Below the pieces are notes generated by a model. The model searched no databases, was not told the origin of the DNA, and saw only the letters and a program-made list of their open reading frames with translations. Positions 12,854 to 25,136 of a DNA stretch of 64,000 nucleotides are shown here, in pieces (positions within the stretch are counted from its first letter, which is position 1; each line of letters begins with the position of its first letter). This DNA comes from Octopus vulgaris (Eukaryota). The position numbers and the translations under genes are program-made. Location: NCBI GenBank assembly GCA_951406725.2, contig OX597825.1, positions 17,484,001 to 17,548,000 on the forward strand, read 5' to 3'.

Positions 12854-13717
12854 GAGGTCTCATCAGAAAGTATTCGGAGTGTCACCGTAGTAACGAAGCT
12901 AAAGCATGCAGAGTAAAGCCGCTGGGCAAAGAGTGACCTTGATCTCTGATTTAACGCCCGAGCTCATTTCTCCTGTTATCACCAGTGCTTGGAAAGAAGG
13001 TGTGTAGCGTTTGATCGTCGCAATGACCATGATAGATAAAGTTGTCATGGTGATACCTGCTCAGAGTTCTACGCAAATTTTCAGAAAGTGTATGGAGATG
13101 AGTTTATGAGCCGCACACATGTGTACGAGTGGTTCAGATGTTCTGAAGACGGCCGAAAAAATGTCGATATTGACGAACAATTTAGGAGAACAGTAACCAG
13201 CAGAATTCGGACAAAATCCTAGATGTGCGTGCAGCTGTGAGGGTAAACCATCGAATCAACATCCGTGAGTTATCAGAGGATGTGCAGATTAGTTACGGTT
13301 CAGTTCATAACATTAACGATAAAGATTTGGTTATAAGACGCGTGTCAGCCAAAACTGCTTTCAGCTAACGAAAAAGACACTCGGGTTTCAGTTGCAGAAG
13401 TTCTATTTGATTGTGTCAAGAACGGTGAACAATTTTTGAAAACATTGGGTTCACATTTGAGCGGGTATTGCCAAAATTTTGGCAAAATTTGATGCAGATT
13501 ATCGGCTCAAATTTCCCTGTTATGGTTAGTGCGATGATCACATGCTACACACCTTCCTTCCAAGTACTGGTGTAAACAGTGGACGTGAGCTAGAACGCTA
13601 AATCTTATTGCACATGCACAGCAGAGTTCAAGGTCTAATCTGTTGCAAACTGCTTCACTCTGAATGATTGAGCTTCGTTACTATGGCAATAGTCTGGATA
13701 CTTATTGATCAGACCTG
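12853..13717 (+). mobile_element. Non-autonomous Tc1/mariner derivative with long TIRs
   Basis: TA-flanked; long imperfect TIRs (cgaggtctcatcagaaagtattcgga... / ...tctggatacttattgatcagacctg); internal relic KVYGDEFMSRTHVYEWFRCSEDGRKNVDIDE of a mariner HTH region. Confidence 0.88.
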
Positions 13718-13824
13718 TATACACGCACACACATATAGTCAATTCAAATATACGAATGTAATTAACTGACAACAACAGGATGTGCGCAGGGAGTGCTTTC
13801 GCTTGACACTCGGTGAAAGAAGAG

Positions 13825-13857
13825 TTTGATGTTTCGAGCATAGCTCCTCGTCGGAAA
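13825..13857 (-). ncRNA. Minimal hammerhead-like motif (variant core)
   Basis: Minus strand: ttt CCGACGA g gagc-tat-gctc GAAA CA TC aaa, the compact PLE-type layout. Confidence 0.55.
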
Positions 13858-15025
13858 GTTGAAATGGAACGTCCAGAGAATGTAAAGAAATCGTGAACAG
13901 CACGGGAGCAGTTACATATGCGTGTTTGTGTGTGTGTGTCAGTGTGTGTGTATGTGTGTGTGTCAGTGTGTGTGTGCGTGTACGTGTGTGTGTGCCACTT
14001 CAAATTTTATACACATAGATTGCTACCGAAGATTTTCCCATTCGGCGTTGCGAAAGCGGAAGTACATCAGAATGATTGCTTTTCGTTTCAACTGAAAAAC
14101 ATTGCTAATTGAATATATTTACCTATTACAAATATGTAAGAAAAAGGAGCTAGTATTTTATCAAGCGATATGATTGATATAGCAAACGATTATTCATATA
14201 ATGCTGCACGTTCTGTTAGAAAATGGCAAATTTCATTATGTTGTCACCCATAAAAATCAGGCGTTGATACCACTATTACAAACGCTTTGAATATTTCGCT
14301 ACCACATTATTGCCTATATAGAAATTCAGTGCAGAAAGAATGACTTAAATTAAAACTTCTCAACATCTATGGCTCAGAGATGAGGAGCCTATATATAATA
14401 TATAAAATTACATTAGTGATAAATTTTATTTAAAGTTTATTATAATGCAATATTTTAAAAACTATTTTACTATTGAAGAATTTATCTCATAGATATCATA
14501 AATTAATTAATTGAAAAAAAATGCAGGGTTGGATGAATAATTTTTTTCTAAAAGGAAAATAAACTCTACATATAAAATATGGATTTTTTTCTATACAATG
14601 GAATCTCTGAAGATTCTTAAATAATTTATGGAACATCACATGCGTTAGGTTTTCTTTCTTTGTATTTACTTTTTATCTTCTGAAGCTCAAAGATGTGGAT
14701 GTGATTTAGTGTCATGATGATATATTACCTCCAAGGCATGTAACGATGCTTCAAAACGTGTAATGGGTTGCGTTACATTTAATCATTTCCTGACATTTTC
14801 TAAACTTTCCCCACGTGTTTCCTTGATGGGTGTTACACAGCAAAAGCGTTTTGCATTTCATTTTTATGGAACATTTTCCGGAAAATTCAGATAATTAAGT
14901 AATATTTTTTTAACGTTACTGAAAATACATTTAGTTTCAAGAAAAAGAATTAGTGTCGAAACAATTTCAGATGAAGTGAAGAAAGAGTAATTCAATCTTT
15001 AGCGCGCATACACACATACATGCGT

Positions 15026-15069
<44 letters not shown>

Positions 15070-15741
15070 ACATACACACACACACATACACACATACACA
15101 CACACACAAACACACACATACACACACACACAAACACACATACACATACACGCACATACACACATATATACATATGTATGTATGTGTGTATATAAACATG
15201 TACATATGTAAGTGTATGTATGCATATATTTATATAGACGCACTAATATAAGTAGAAGAGCTGTTGTAGAACTTTTCTATATAAGTAGACTTACGTGTAT
15301 ATTTTTATTGTCATTCACTTATTTTTTCGAAAGTTCAGTGTCTGTACTGTCTAAGTGAATGATATTTTGAGACTGACTGCATTGATAATTTTCATTCTAT
15401 GATTTACGACAATAATATTTTTATACATTTTAGTAAATTTTACGATAATAATATGTTAATGTATTTCAATACATTTTTAATACACAAATGGTCATAATGG
15501 AAGTCTTGATCATATATGTTACAATCATATTGACAGCTAAATTTATATTTTCGTTGCAAATATTCGGCACAGACACTGTGTCTTTAGCCAGCTGGAGGAG
15601 ATATCTTCTTGAGGCTATAAATTATAGTAGCATCGTCCCATAATGGGTCAGCCATATTTAGGTGGCAAACATACTTCACAATGTCGTGCTGCTACTATTT
15701 ACATCTCGCTCAGAGGTTTATTATTGTTTATCTATATCTAT

Positions 15742-15895
15742 ATATAATTGAAAAATAGGATAGAATCTTTATAAGAATTTATCAAATAGTTAGCGTGAAA
15801 AACTTCATAAGGGAAAAGTTTATTAAATTAATCCTTTTGAATATATTTATTTATATGAAGGGCAATACTATGCATAAATGCCCTTAATATAGATA
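15742..15895 (-). repeat. Terminal fragment of the fold-back family at 41948-42400
   Basis: aaaataggatagaatctttataagaatttatcaa...gggcaatactatgcataaatgcccttaatat aligns with 41960-42090; flanked by TA-rich tracts. Confidence 0.75.
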
Positions 15896-16699
15896 ATATA
15901 TATATATATATACATATATATGTATATATATATATGTGTGTGTGTGTGTGTGCGCGCGCGCGTCTATATTTATGTGTGTGTGTGTCTATATATGTGTGTG
16001 TAGTATTTATACACATAAATATATATGAAATTAACCATATATATATATGAATACATATATATAGCAATGAATATACATGTGTGTGCAATATACATGTGTG
16101 TGTGTGTCCGCGCGCGTGACTGTGCGTGTGGGAATTTGTATATGTGGGCATGTGCTGTTGGGTACCAATTCCAAAAAAATTGAACGAATGTCTTAGTAGT
16201 TATCACATAGGAATTAAATACTCAAAATATGTTGACAAATCTGGATTTTCTCTGACGTGCCAGAACTATTTTATTCAGCTCAGGAGGCTAAACGACAGCC
16301 TACCGATGAAGTTAGCTGTGCGAAACGTAGAAACGGTGTTTTGACGAATACTACTAAAATCATAGCAAATAATAGGAATGCTTGATAAAAGTAATAGAGA
16401 TGACAATGATAATACAAATTCTAATAATAATAATAATAATAATGTTGTAAATGACAACGATGACCATAAAGATAACAACAATAATAAGGATGCTCATAAA
16501 CTTCTGGAAAATATTCCTAAAGGGTTAGGATAATTTGTGGTCTTATACACACGGACGCACACACATATATACACAAGAGCGTGCGCATACAGATACACAT
16601 TGTATCCAGCAAAAATTTGAATACAATCAACATCTTGTTGCATATACATGTGAATATGTGTGTATGTGATATGTGTTCGTTGTATATGAACGTGTGTAA

Positions 16700-17113
16700 G
16701 GCGGCGAGCTGGCAGAAACGTTAGCGCACATGGCGAAATGCGTAGCCGTATTTTGTTTGCCGTTACGTTCTGAATTCAAATTCCGAGGTTGACTTTGCTT
16801 TTCATCCTTTCGGGGTCGATTAAATAAGTACCCGTTACGCACTGGGGTCGATGTAATCGACTTAATCCGTTTGTCTGTCCGTGCTTGTCCTCTCTGTGTT
16901 TGACCCCTTGTGGGTAGTAAAGGAATAGATATTTCGTCTGCCGTTACGTTCTGAGTTCAAATTCCGCCGAGGTCGACTTTGCCTTTCATTCTTTGGGCGT
17001 CGATTAAATAAGTACCAGTTACACATTGGGGTCGATGTAATCGACTTAATCCGTTTGTCTGTCCTTGTTTATCCCCACTGCGCTTAGCCCCTTCTGGGCA
17101 GTAAACAAATAAG
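16700..17113 (+). mobile_element. tRNA-derived SINE, family A, dimeric form
   Basis: Same head and same internal duplication as 757-1170. Confidence 0.9.
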
Positions 17114-18435
17114 GAAATGTTTTGTTAATTACTGAAGAAATTTTGTGTTTCTTTCAATTGCTTGAAATTTAGGTAACAGCAATCGATATTTCATGACACG
17201 CTCCCAAAAATAGATAGAATATATATATTGGTACCACACTCCAAAATTAAAAACAAAAAGCATAAGGGAATATGATTTTCATTGAAATGCTAAATAACTA
17301 CGAACGAAGTCAACACACTAACATTTTCCATCGGATTTGTACACCAGGAGTGGAAATGCAACAACTAAGAAAAGTATATGTTCGCACGTTATGTCAAACC
17401 TATATATTCCTCAAAAACACTTTCGAATATCTTACAGAAAGAACGAAAGGGTGGTGGTATTTTATGTCTAGGACGAGTAAAAACGTGGAAATCTTATCTT
17501 ATCAATTCTTAAGAAGGAATTGGAGACAGTCGGGATCATACGGAATCCATAAGGAAAAGCAGGCGTCTGCAAGCATGGATAAAAGACCGACCAGAAAAAT
17601 AGTTATATAAAATGGAGTATATCTCCAATGAAGAGAAGATAATTTCCACTGAAGACGTAACCTATATTTTCTACCGTTCTATCCTCTAGCCATCTTGTAT
17701 TATTTCACTTTCTTTCTTCACGCTTCCTACTTCCTTACAGTATCCTTATCTTCGCCACCTCGTACTCCCCTTCCTCTTCTTTCTCTCAAAATGAAACTAA
17801 TCTATTGTCCGCCACTCTTTCTTAAAAATAAATATATAGGTTTGCTTGCAAAAGCGGATAGTCACTTACATCGAAACAAGAGTTAAAACATATGCCAAGA
17901 ATTAAAGAAACAATATAACGTCTTATCTGATATTTTGTGTTTATATTTTACTGTGAAATTCTATCACTAGCCGAATGGAAATATTCTATATATGTACACA
18001 GGAGTGTGTGTGTGTGTGTGTTAATGTAAGTGTGTGTACATGTGCTTGTGCGGATAAGTAGATACGTACTTTCTGTTATTGAAAATGCTTACTTACTATT
18101 GTGGATGGTAGGAAATTATAGGTTGTTTCATTACACAAAAATATGTATGCTATAATTCGGTAACACAGATGCAGCACACACGCACGCACGAACACACACG
18201 CCACACTCACATACACACATACACACACACACACTCACGCACACTTTCTCTCTCTCTCCTTCTCATGTATATATGATTATATAGAGAGCTATAGATATAA
18301 CATGCAGACATTCCTGCATATATATATATATATATACATATACATACATATATACATGTATGTATATATGTATATATTTATATATATATATACGTATATA
18401 TATATATACATATACATATATATATATATATCTGT

Positions 18436-18595
<160 letters not shown>

Positions 18596-19488
18596 CGTGA
18601 ATGCGACAGTTGTATGTACACATATATGGAAGCTGATATAGATTCCATTTCCATTTTCGTTTTACTGATTTTTGTCTCTCTTTATTTTGATCAATCTCGT
18701 TCTTTCCCCGCTACACTTCAACTATATTCATTGATATCCTCTAAAAAAAAAACAATAATTGTATTCACCTACTAATCTGTCATCTATATAACAGGTTTCC
18801 CTTTCTTTGTTTATATACACATGCTCTTCATTTGCACGTGATCTCTGCTTTTCTGTCTTTAATTTCTCAATGTATATTTTTACTCCTCGCTGACTCATAT
18901 CCCTTTGTGAATGATTAATAAATTATCAAGTGCACTATACGAATAATTTCTTACTCCTCCCTATCTGTGTTTGTGTCTCATTCCCGTTCGTTCTCAAAAT
19001 CGGTTATATTGAAAAAGCCAAAGAAGAGTTGTTCCCAGAAAACCTCAACTATACGGTGCAAATGATAAGAAGGAAAAAAAAACTCAATATCTATATACTC
19101 TTTATTATTTTATTTTTACTTCTGTAACCATTTATATTTCTATAAAGAATTCCTACCTTCTCCTGTCCATTTTAATCTTTATATATATCCACGCACTACA
19201 CTTCACACAAGACAAGCATGCTAGTATATATGTGAGTGCGTGCATATGCCTCTTACAAAGAAGTGACTATTTTTCTTCATTCACAAACTCGGTCACATGT
19301 AGCTACCTCTCTCATTCCCTCTCTCGCTCTTTCTCTTTCAGTCTATATTCTTTATATCTTTTTATATTTGACTTCCACCGATGTCTGTCATCTTTGACTT
19401 ATATATTCTGTATTTTTTTTGCGTTTCAAAAGCTTTCTCTTTGTATATCCATGTATCCATTGCAAACCATACCTTGCCTATGGTAATA

Positions 19489-19529
<41 letters not shown>

Positions 19530-19778
19530 TTCCATGAGTGTATGTATATGTATGTATTTTTTAGAATATATACATATATATGAATGAATACACACACGCA
19601 TACACGAACGCAAACCCACTCGCGCACGCCCACACATACACACTTGCAGGTAAGTAAGCACGCACATACACACAAACACACACAAACATCTGCATGCAAG
19701 TGCGTGAGTGAATGCATTCGCTGATTTATTTTGTTCTTCATACTGGATTAAGCAAGGAAACTATATACATACATACAT

Positions 19779-19828
<50 letters not shown>

Positions 19829-20077
19829 ATGTATACACGCAGACACACACGCACATATATATAGGAGTGTCTGTGTGTAAGATATATGTATGTAATTTAC
19901 ATATACGTATGTTTGTTGATTAATATTTGTATAAGTACACTCAAGCACACATATACACATGCATATATATATCTATGTAGATATAAATGCATATATAACA
20001 TGTATGAATGTATGCTTATATATATATATCTACGTGTATGTGTGTGTGTGTCCATGTATAATATATACACACACACA

Positions 20078-20124
<47 letters not shown>

Positions 20125-21505
20125 GTATGTATGTGTTTTGAGCGAATGAGAGAAAGAGGGGGATGAGCAAAAGTGATTGAAAGAGATACAGAGGAGGATA
20201 TGATTTGAAATACGCTGTGAATATATATGTTAAATGTAATATAGATATTATCTCATCAAACCAAGTATGTTGCTGGCACAAAATACGCCTATAAAGTATA
20301 TATCAATGAGGAGAGGGGCTGATTGTAAAGACATTGATATATTCAGCTTCGTATAGAAATAGCATGTATAGCAAACTGTTCCAATCGATAAGAAAGGCCG
20401 AGTTTTGCTCATTTCTTAATGATCCACCAATACAAATTACGAAATCAGCTGGCTGTCAGGCATTTATTTCCTCTTGCAAATTATAGTGTTTGCAATTAGT
20501 AAAGCTGAAAATGCGAGGCAGAAACAAGGAAAATAAAACAAAAGAAAAAATTATATCTAATATATGCTTTACGTCCATTTAAATCTTTTGCTGTTTTATT
20601 TCGTTTACTTAGCGTTTCTCTTAGTTGTTTTCAATCTAACAACGTATGTGTTATTATAAGTGTGGCTGAGTGTGTGAGTGTGTGTATGTGTATCGTGTGA
20701 AATTTGTGTTTAAATAGGAGTGTGTGAGGGAATGTACTTTAGTGTATGTGTATGCAATGATTGCAAATAAATATTGTTTTATATGTTTAGACACACAAAG
20801 ACATCACACGTAAACACAACACTTATAAATACAATAATGAACTTACATAAACAAATAGAGACTCAGACACACGCACACAAAGTTATATATCTCTGTCTCT
20901 GCTTCTATATTTGTATTTGTGTGCCCACTCCAAATGATAAGCTTGTACCACTCCTAGTATTGGTGTTTTGGATTTGTGCCTGTATGATTGTTTTGAGTGT
21001 TTTCCCACTTTTGTTTGACTGATGTGTGCATTAATTTCTTTGAAATCAATATGGCATTATTTTAATTTGCGTTCTGCTTTTAACGTTTCACAAATTTGTT
21101 GATTTGGTTAGTTTGTTGAAGGGATAAAATAAAGTCTATAATTCTTATATCTAAAACAATATTGAAACCGAGGAGAACGACGCAAACATAGAATTAGAGT
21201 AAAGCTTATTCTATCAATTATTTCTCTTACAAAAATGAACGTAGATAGTGTGACGAACTAACATATCCAACACGAAACATCTTATGTGTGTCAGAACAAT
21301 CGAACGTTATTTGAAGAATATAATCGCATCTGTTTGTAACTGATGTATGAGAAATAAAATGGCGGACATTTGAGAAAACGTTACGGATAGTAATATACGT
21401 GAAAGTAAAAATTGTTGCGTAAGCAATATTTCCCCCAAATTTTAAGATTGCATAAATAGACATGCAATTGAAACCGCCCAGAGAAACGAGAGATAAAAAG
21501 AGATG

Positions 21506-21631
<126 letters not shown>

Positions 21632-21777
21632 TATTCAGGAAGCTTTTAAAAATCTGTTGGAATAAATTTTTCATAGCTTGTTAATAGAGAAGACATGACT
21701 ATGTTTTAGAGTTCACTGCCCTTGCGTGGTAAGAGACATCTACTCCAGCCCCGGACTGATCAATGCTTTATGAGTAA

Positions 21778-21821
<44 letters not shown>

Positions 21822-22454
21822 GTGTGTGTGTGTTTTGTGTTTTGGTTGTATTTGCCACCCTCCTGCCGCTTAACAGCGAGCATTAGTTTGTTGATACCCT
21901 CATAACTTACAGGAACAGGAAAGAACTAATTTTTACTGCAGTAAAATGTAACTTCACTCTATAATAATGCACTTATTATTTGTCTGCCATTTCTATATAA
22001 ACTCAATATAGCTTCGTTTATTCAGAGCCATTTTCTTACATTGCTGTTATTCAGCTTCAGGTGAGATTTCATTTGATAGATTAGTAGATATGTGATGAAA
22101 TACATTCACTGATATTTCAAAAAGTGTAGCAACCGCTGAGAAGCCCAGCCATTCACTCGATGTAGACAAAAGTGATGTACATTTGAATAGGATATTTAAT
22201 CTTCACAATTTCATTTCCCCTACTTGACTATTACAAGAAACCTTATTGGAGAAATCGGTCAACGTTTGAATGGAAAGCAACAGTGTAACACGAGACGTTC
22301 TTAATATCGTCATATGTTTGATTGTTTGAGAGGAATATTCTATGATTTAGACGTCTACTGCATTTATCGTCTGAGAACAAACGTATCGCGTGATTTGTAC
22401 GTATGAATATGGCTAATTCCTTGAAATAAAATTCCTTTTAACTCCTATCCTTTA

Positions 22455-22684
22455 ATTCTTTCGGTCATTAGACTGCGGCCAGGCTGGAGTACCACTTTGA
22501 AGAAATTTTAGTCAAAAAAATCGACACCAATACATATTTTTTGCTAAGCTGAGTACTGATTCTAGACGTAACATTTACCGAACCGCTAAGTTAAAAGGGG
22601 CGTAAACTCATCAAAACCGTTTGTCAAGCTGTCCTGTGTGACAAACACATACACAAACACAAACATACAGACAGACGCACTCAT

Positions 22685-22685
<1 letters not shown>
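22455..22685 (-). mobile_element. SINE family B, 3' half
   Basis: gactgcggccaggctggagtacc, ccgaaccgctaagtta, tgtcaagc and gacaaacac are reverse complements of family B 3' motifs. Confidence 0.75.
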
Positions 22686-22726
<41 letters not shown>

Positions 22727-23029
22727 CGAAACACGCATTGAGTCGAACCAGGGACAGCTGATGAAGGGGAATATTCCTTGTCTTGTACTCTGTTTTTTCG
22801 TTGTTAAAAAAAGTCCGTTTCCTAGTTTGTTTTTATGTTTTCGTTTCTCGTTGTGTTCTACGTTTATTTGTGGTGTCCTGTACTCATATATATATATATA
22901 TATATGCATGTATATATACATATAGATGTAGGTACGTACATATATGTATGTATGTATGCATATATCTTATTTATTAAATTATTATATAACTGAGCGCCCT
23001 CGCGTCGTTTCGTTTCTTTTCTCCAAGTA

Positions 23030-23061
<32 letters not shown>

Positions 23062-23672
23062 GCTTTTTCCAGGGTATATTGTATTACAAGATCAGTTTTA
23101 AGTGAATGCCTGAATTCCATTTTTCTGTTTAGGCAATTTCTTCGTCTCACTCTCATTCTCTATTACTTTCCTTTCTTCACATGAATTAACACATTTCCAT
23201 TGCTTCTATTCCATTAAAAAAAAAAAATCTCCATAGATTTTTTTTAACGTTTCATTTTCATTTCGACAATTACACTCAATCCACAAGTGTAATTTTTGTC
23301 TAGTATACCACATTGGGTCGAGAGAAATAAAGTGTTTGTCCTTTGGCGCATATAATACTCAGGGGAATTATCAGTTCTTTATCCATAAAAACAGGATTTT
23401 ACCAGTATGAAAAATCTTTATATTTATTTATTTCATAGGAATTGAAATCTGCATAAGGACAGTTGAAATTTATCGATAATCGAAATTATTGATAATCGAC
23501 TTTGATTGATGTGCAAATTATAACGTCACTAAGAATTTTAAAATTATATATTTATATAGGCGAGAGCATTGTTCTGCAGTTCAGAAAATCTTTTACGCTA
23601 CCTGTTTTCAGGTGTTGTATAAACAGCTTTAGGTTTACACACACACACACACACTCACACACACTCACACAG

Positions 23673-23748
<76 letters not shown>

Positions 23749-24035
23749 CATCAGTGGTATTGTTTACACCAAGTATTTTGTAATAATCAACAGCCATTTT
23801 AGGAGATATCTGCTGAAAACAAACAAGCAATCTCGCAGGAAAAGTAAAAGGTTACAAAAGAAAAAGAAAAAGAAAAAGAGAAGCACACACGCAAAGATAT
23901 GGTTAAACTGAAGAAGAAGAAGAATTAGTGAGTGCCACTTGAGTTGTCTTAATGTTGCTTGGCCAGTTTCTCCGTCGTCCTTATACTGACCTAAACGTCT
24001 GACACCAGCAGATGCAAGGACACACGCATAAATGC

Positions 24036-24111
<76 letters not shown>

Positions 24112-24118
<7 letters not shown>

Positions 24119-24665
24119 AAATGGAAAGATGAATTATCTTGTTACGGATTATTCAAAAGTTTAACCGATACCTGGGTAGCAAAAATCACAGCAGAAAAAA
24201 CACGGTTGGAGATATGACCATATGGTGTTGCAACCGTGCGTTGGTGCGGATAATTGAAGTTTAATATAATTAGTGAATGGAAGAAATGGAGTTGAACGAA
24301 GATTGTACAGAATTCCTTTTATTACATTCTACACATGTTTCAAAGGCCACAATTTTCCAAATTCTGATTAAATAAGGATACCATATTGCAGCTTTCACTT
24401 CAGGAAAAACCAGGAATTACGTTGTCAGAACAAAACAAAACAAAGGCGCAGCAAAGCAATTCGAACGAGGACGCTCCTTAAGAGCCCATGGAGCGTCCTC
24501 GTTCGAATTGCTTTGCTGCGCCTTTGTTTTGTTTTGTTCTGACAACGTAATTCCTGGTTTTTCCTGAAGAGAAAGCTGCAATATGGTATCCTTATTTAAT
24601 CAGAATTTGGAAAATTGTGGCCTTTGAAACATGTGTAGAATGTAATAAAAGGAATTCTGTACAAT
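24112..24665. mobile_element. Fold-back hammerhead-bearing element (Penelope-like pLTR pair)
   Basis: 176-bp inverted arms 24302-24477 and 24490-24665 with one mismatch and a 12-nt spacer. The left arm extends to the (TA)n tract ending ~24111. Homologous to 58745-59497. Confidence 0.85.
24560..24640 (+). ncRNA. Type I hammerhead ribozyme motif with long stem II
   Basis: ttc CTGAAGA (24564-24570) gaaagctgcaat...attgtggccttt GAAA C atgt G TA gaa; predicted cleavage after 24637. Confidence 0.7.
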
Positions 24666-25032
24666 TCTGTACAATTTGTGTCATAGTGTTGGTGTATGCG
24701 TGTTTGTGAATTTTGGGGTCTCTCTCACCGTCTGAAAACCTGTACTGACAGGAATATTAAAGGGGAGCGACGATCCGAGAAAAAAACATGCTCTGGGTAA
24801 TATTTGATCAAATATATCTATGGATGTGAAGCTCGATTACGGAAAAAAGTAATTAATGGAATTGTAGTTATCGACTTCTGCATTACACTTATTGCATTGG
24901 CATACGCGTACACACGCACACATATATACACGCGTACAGACTGACATATCTACGCCTTAGTGTGTGTGTATGTGTGTGTATATATGTGTGTATATATATG
25001 TATATATATATATATATGAATATATATATATG

Positions 25033-25064
<32 letters not shown>

Positions 25065-25077
25065 TGTATATGTATAT

Positions 25078-25136
<59 letters not shown>

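Noticed and set aside
16270-16530. Possible exon with an Asn/Asp-rich tail
   Set aside because: The frames are short and discontinuous, and the tail is decayed (AAT/GAT)n.
17272-17660. 112-aa ORF as a possible second GIY-YIG relic
   Set aside because: Resemblance is too weak to support by eye, and the nearby CTGAAGA has no matching stems.
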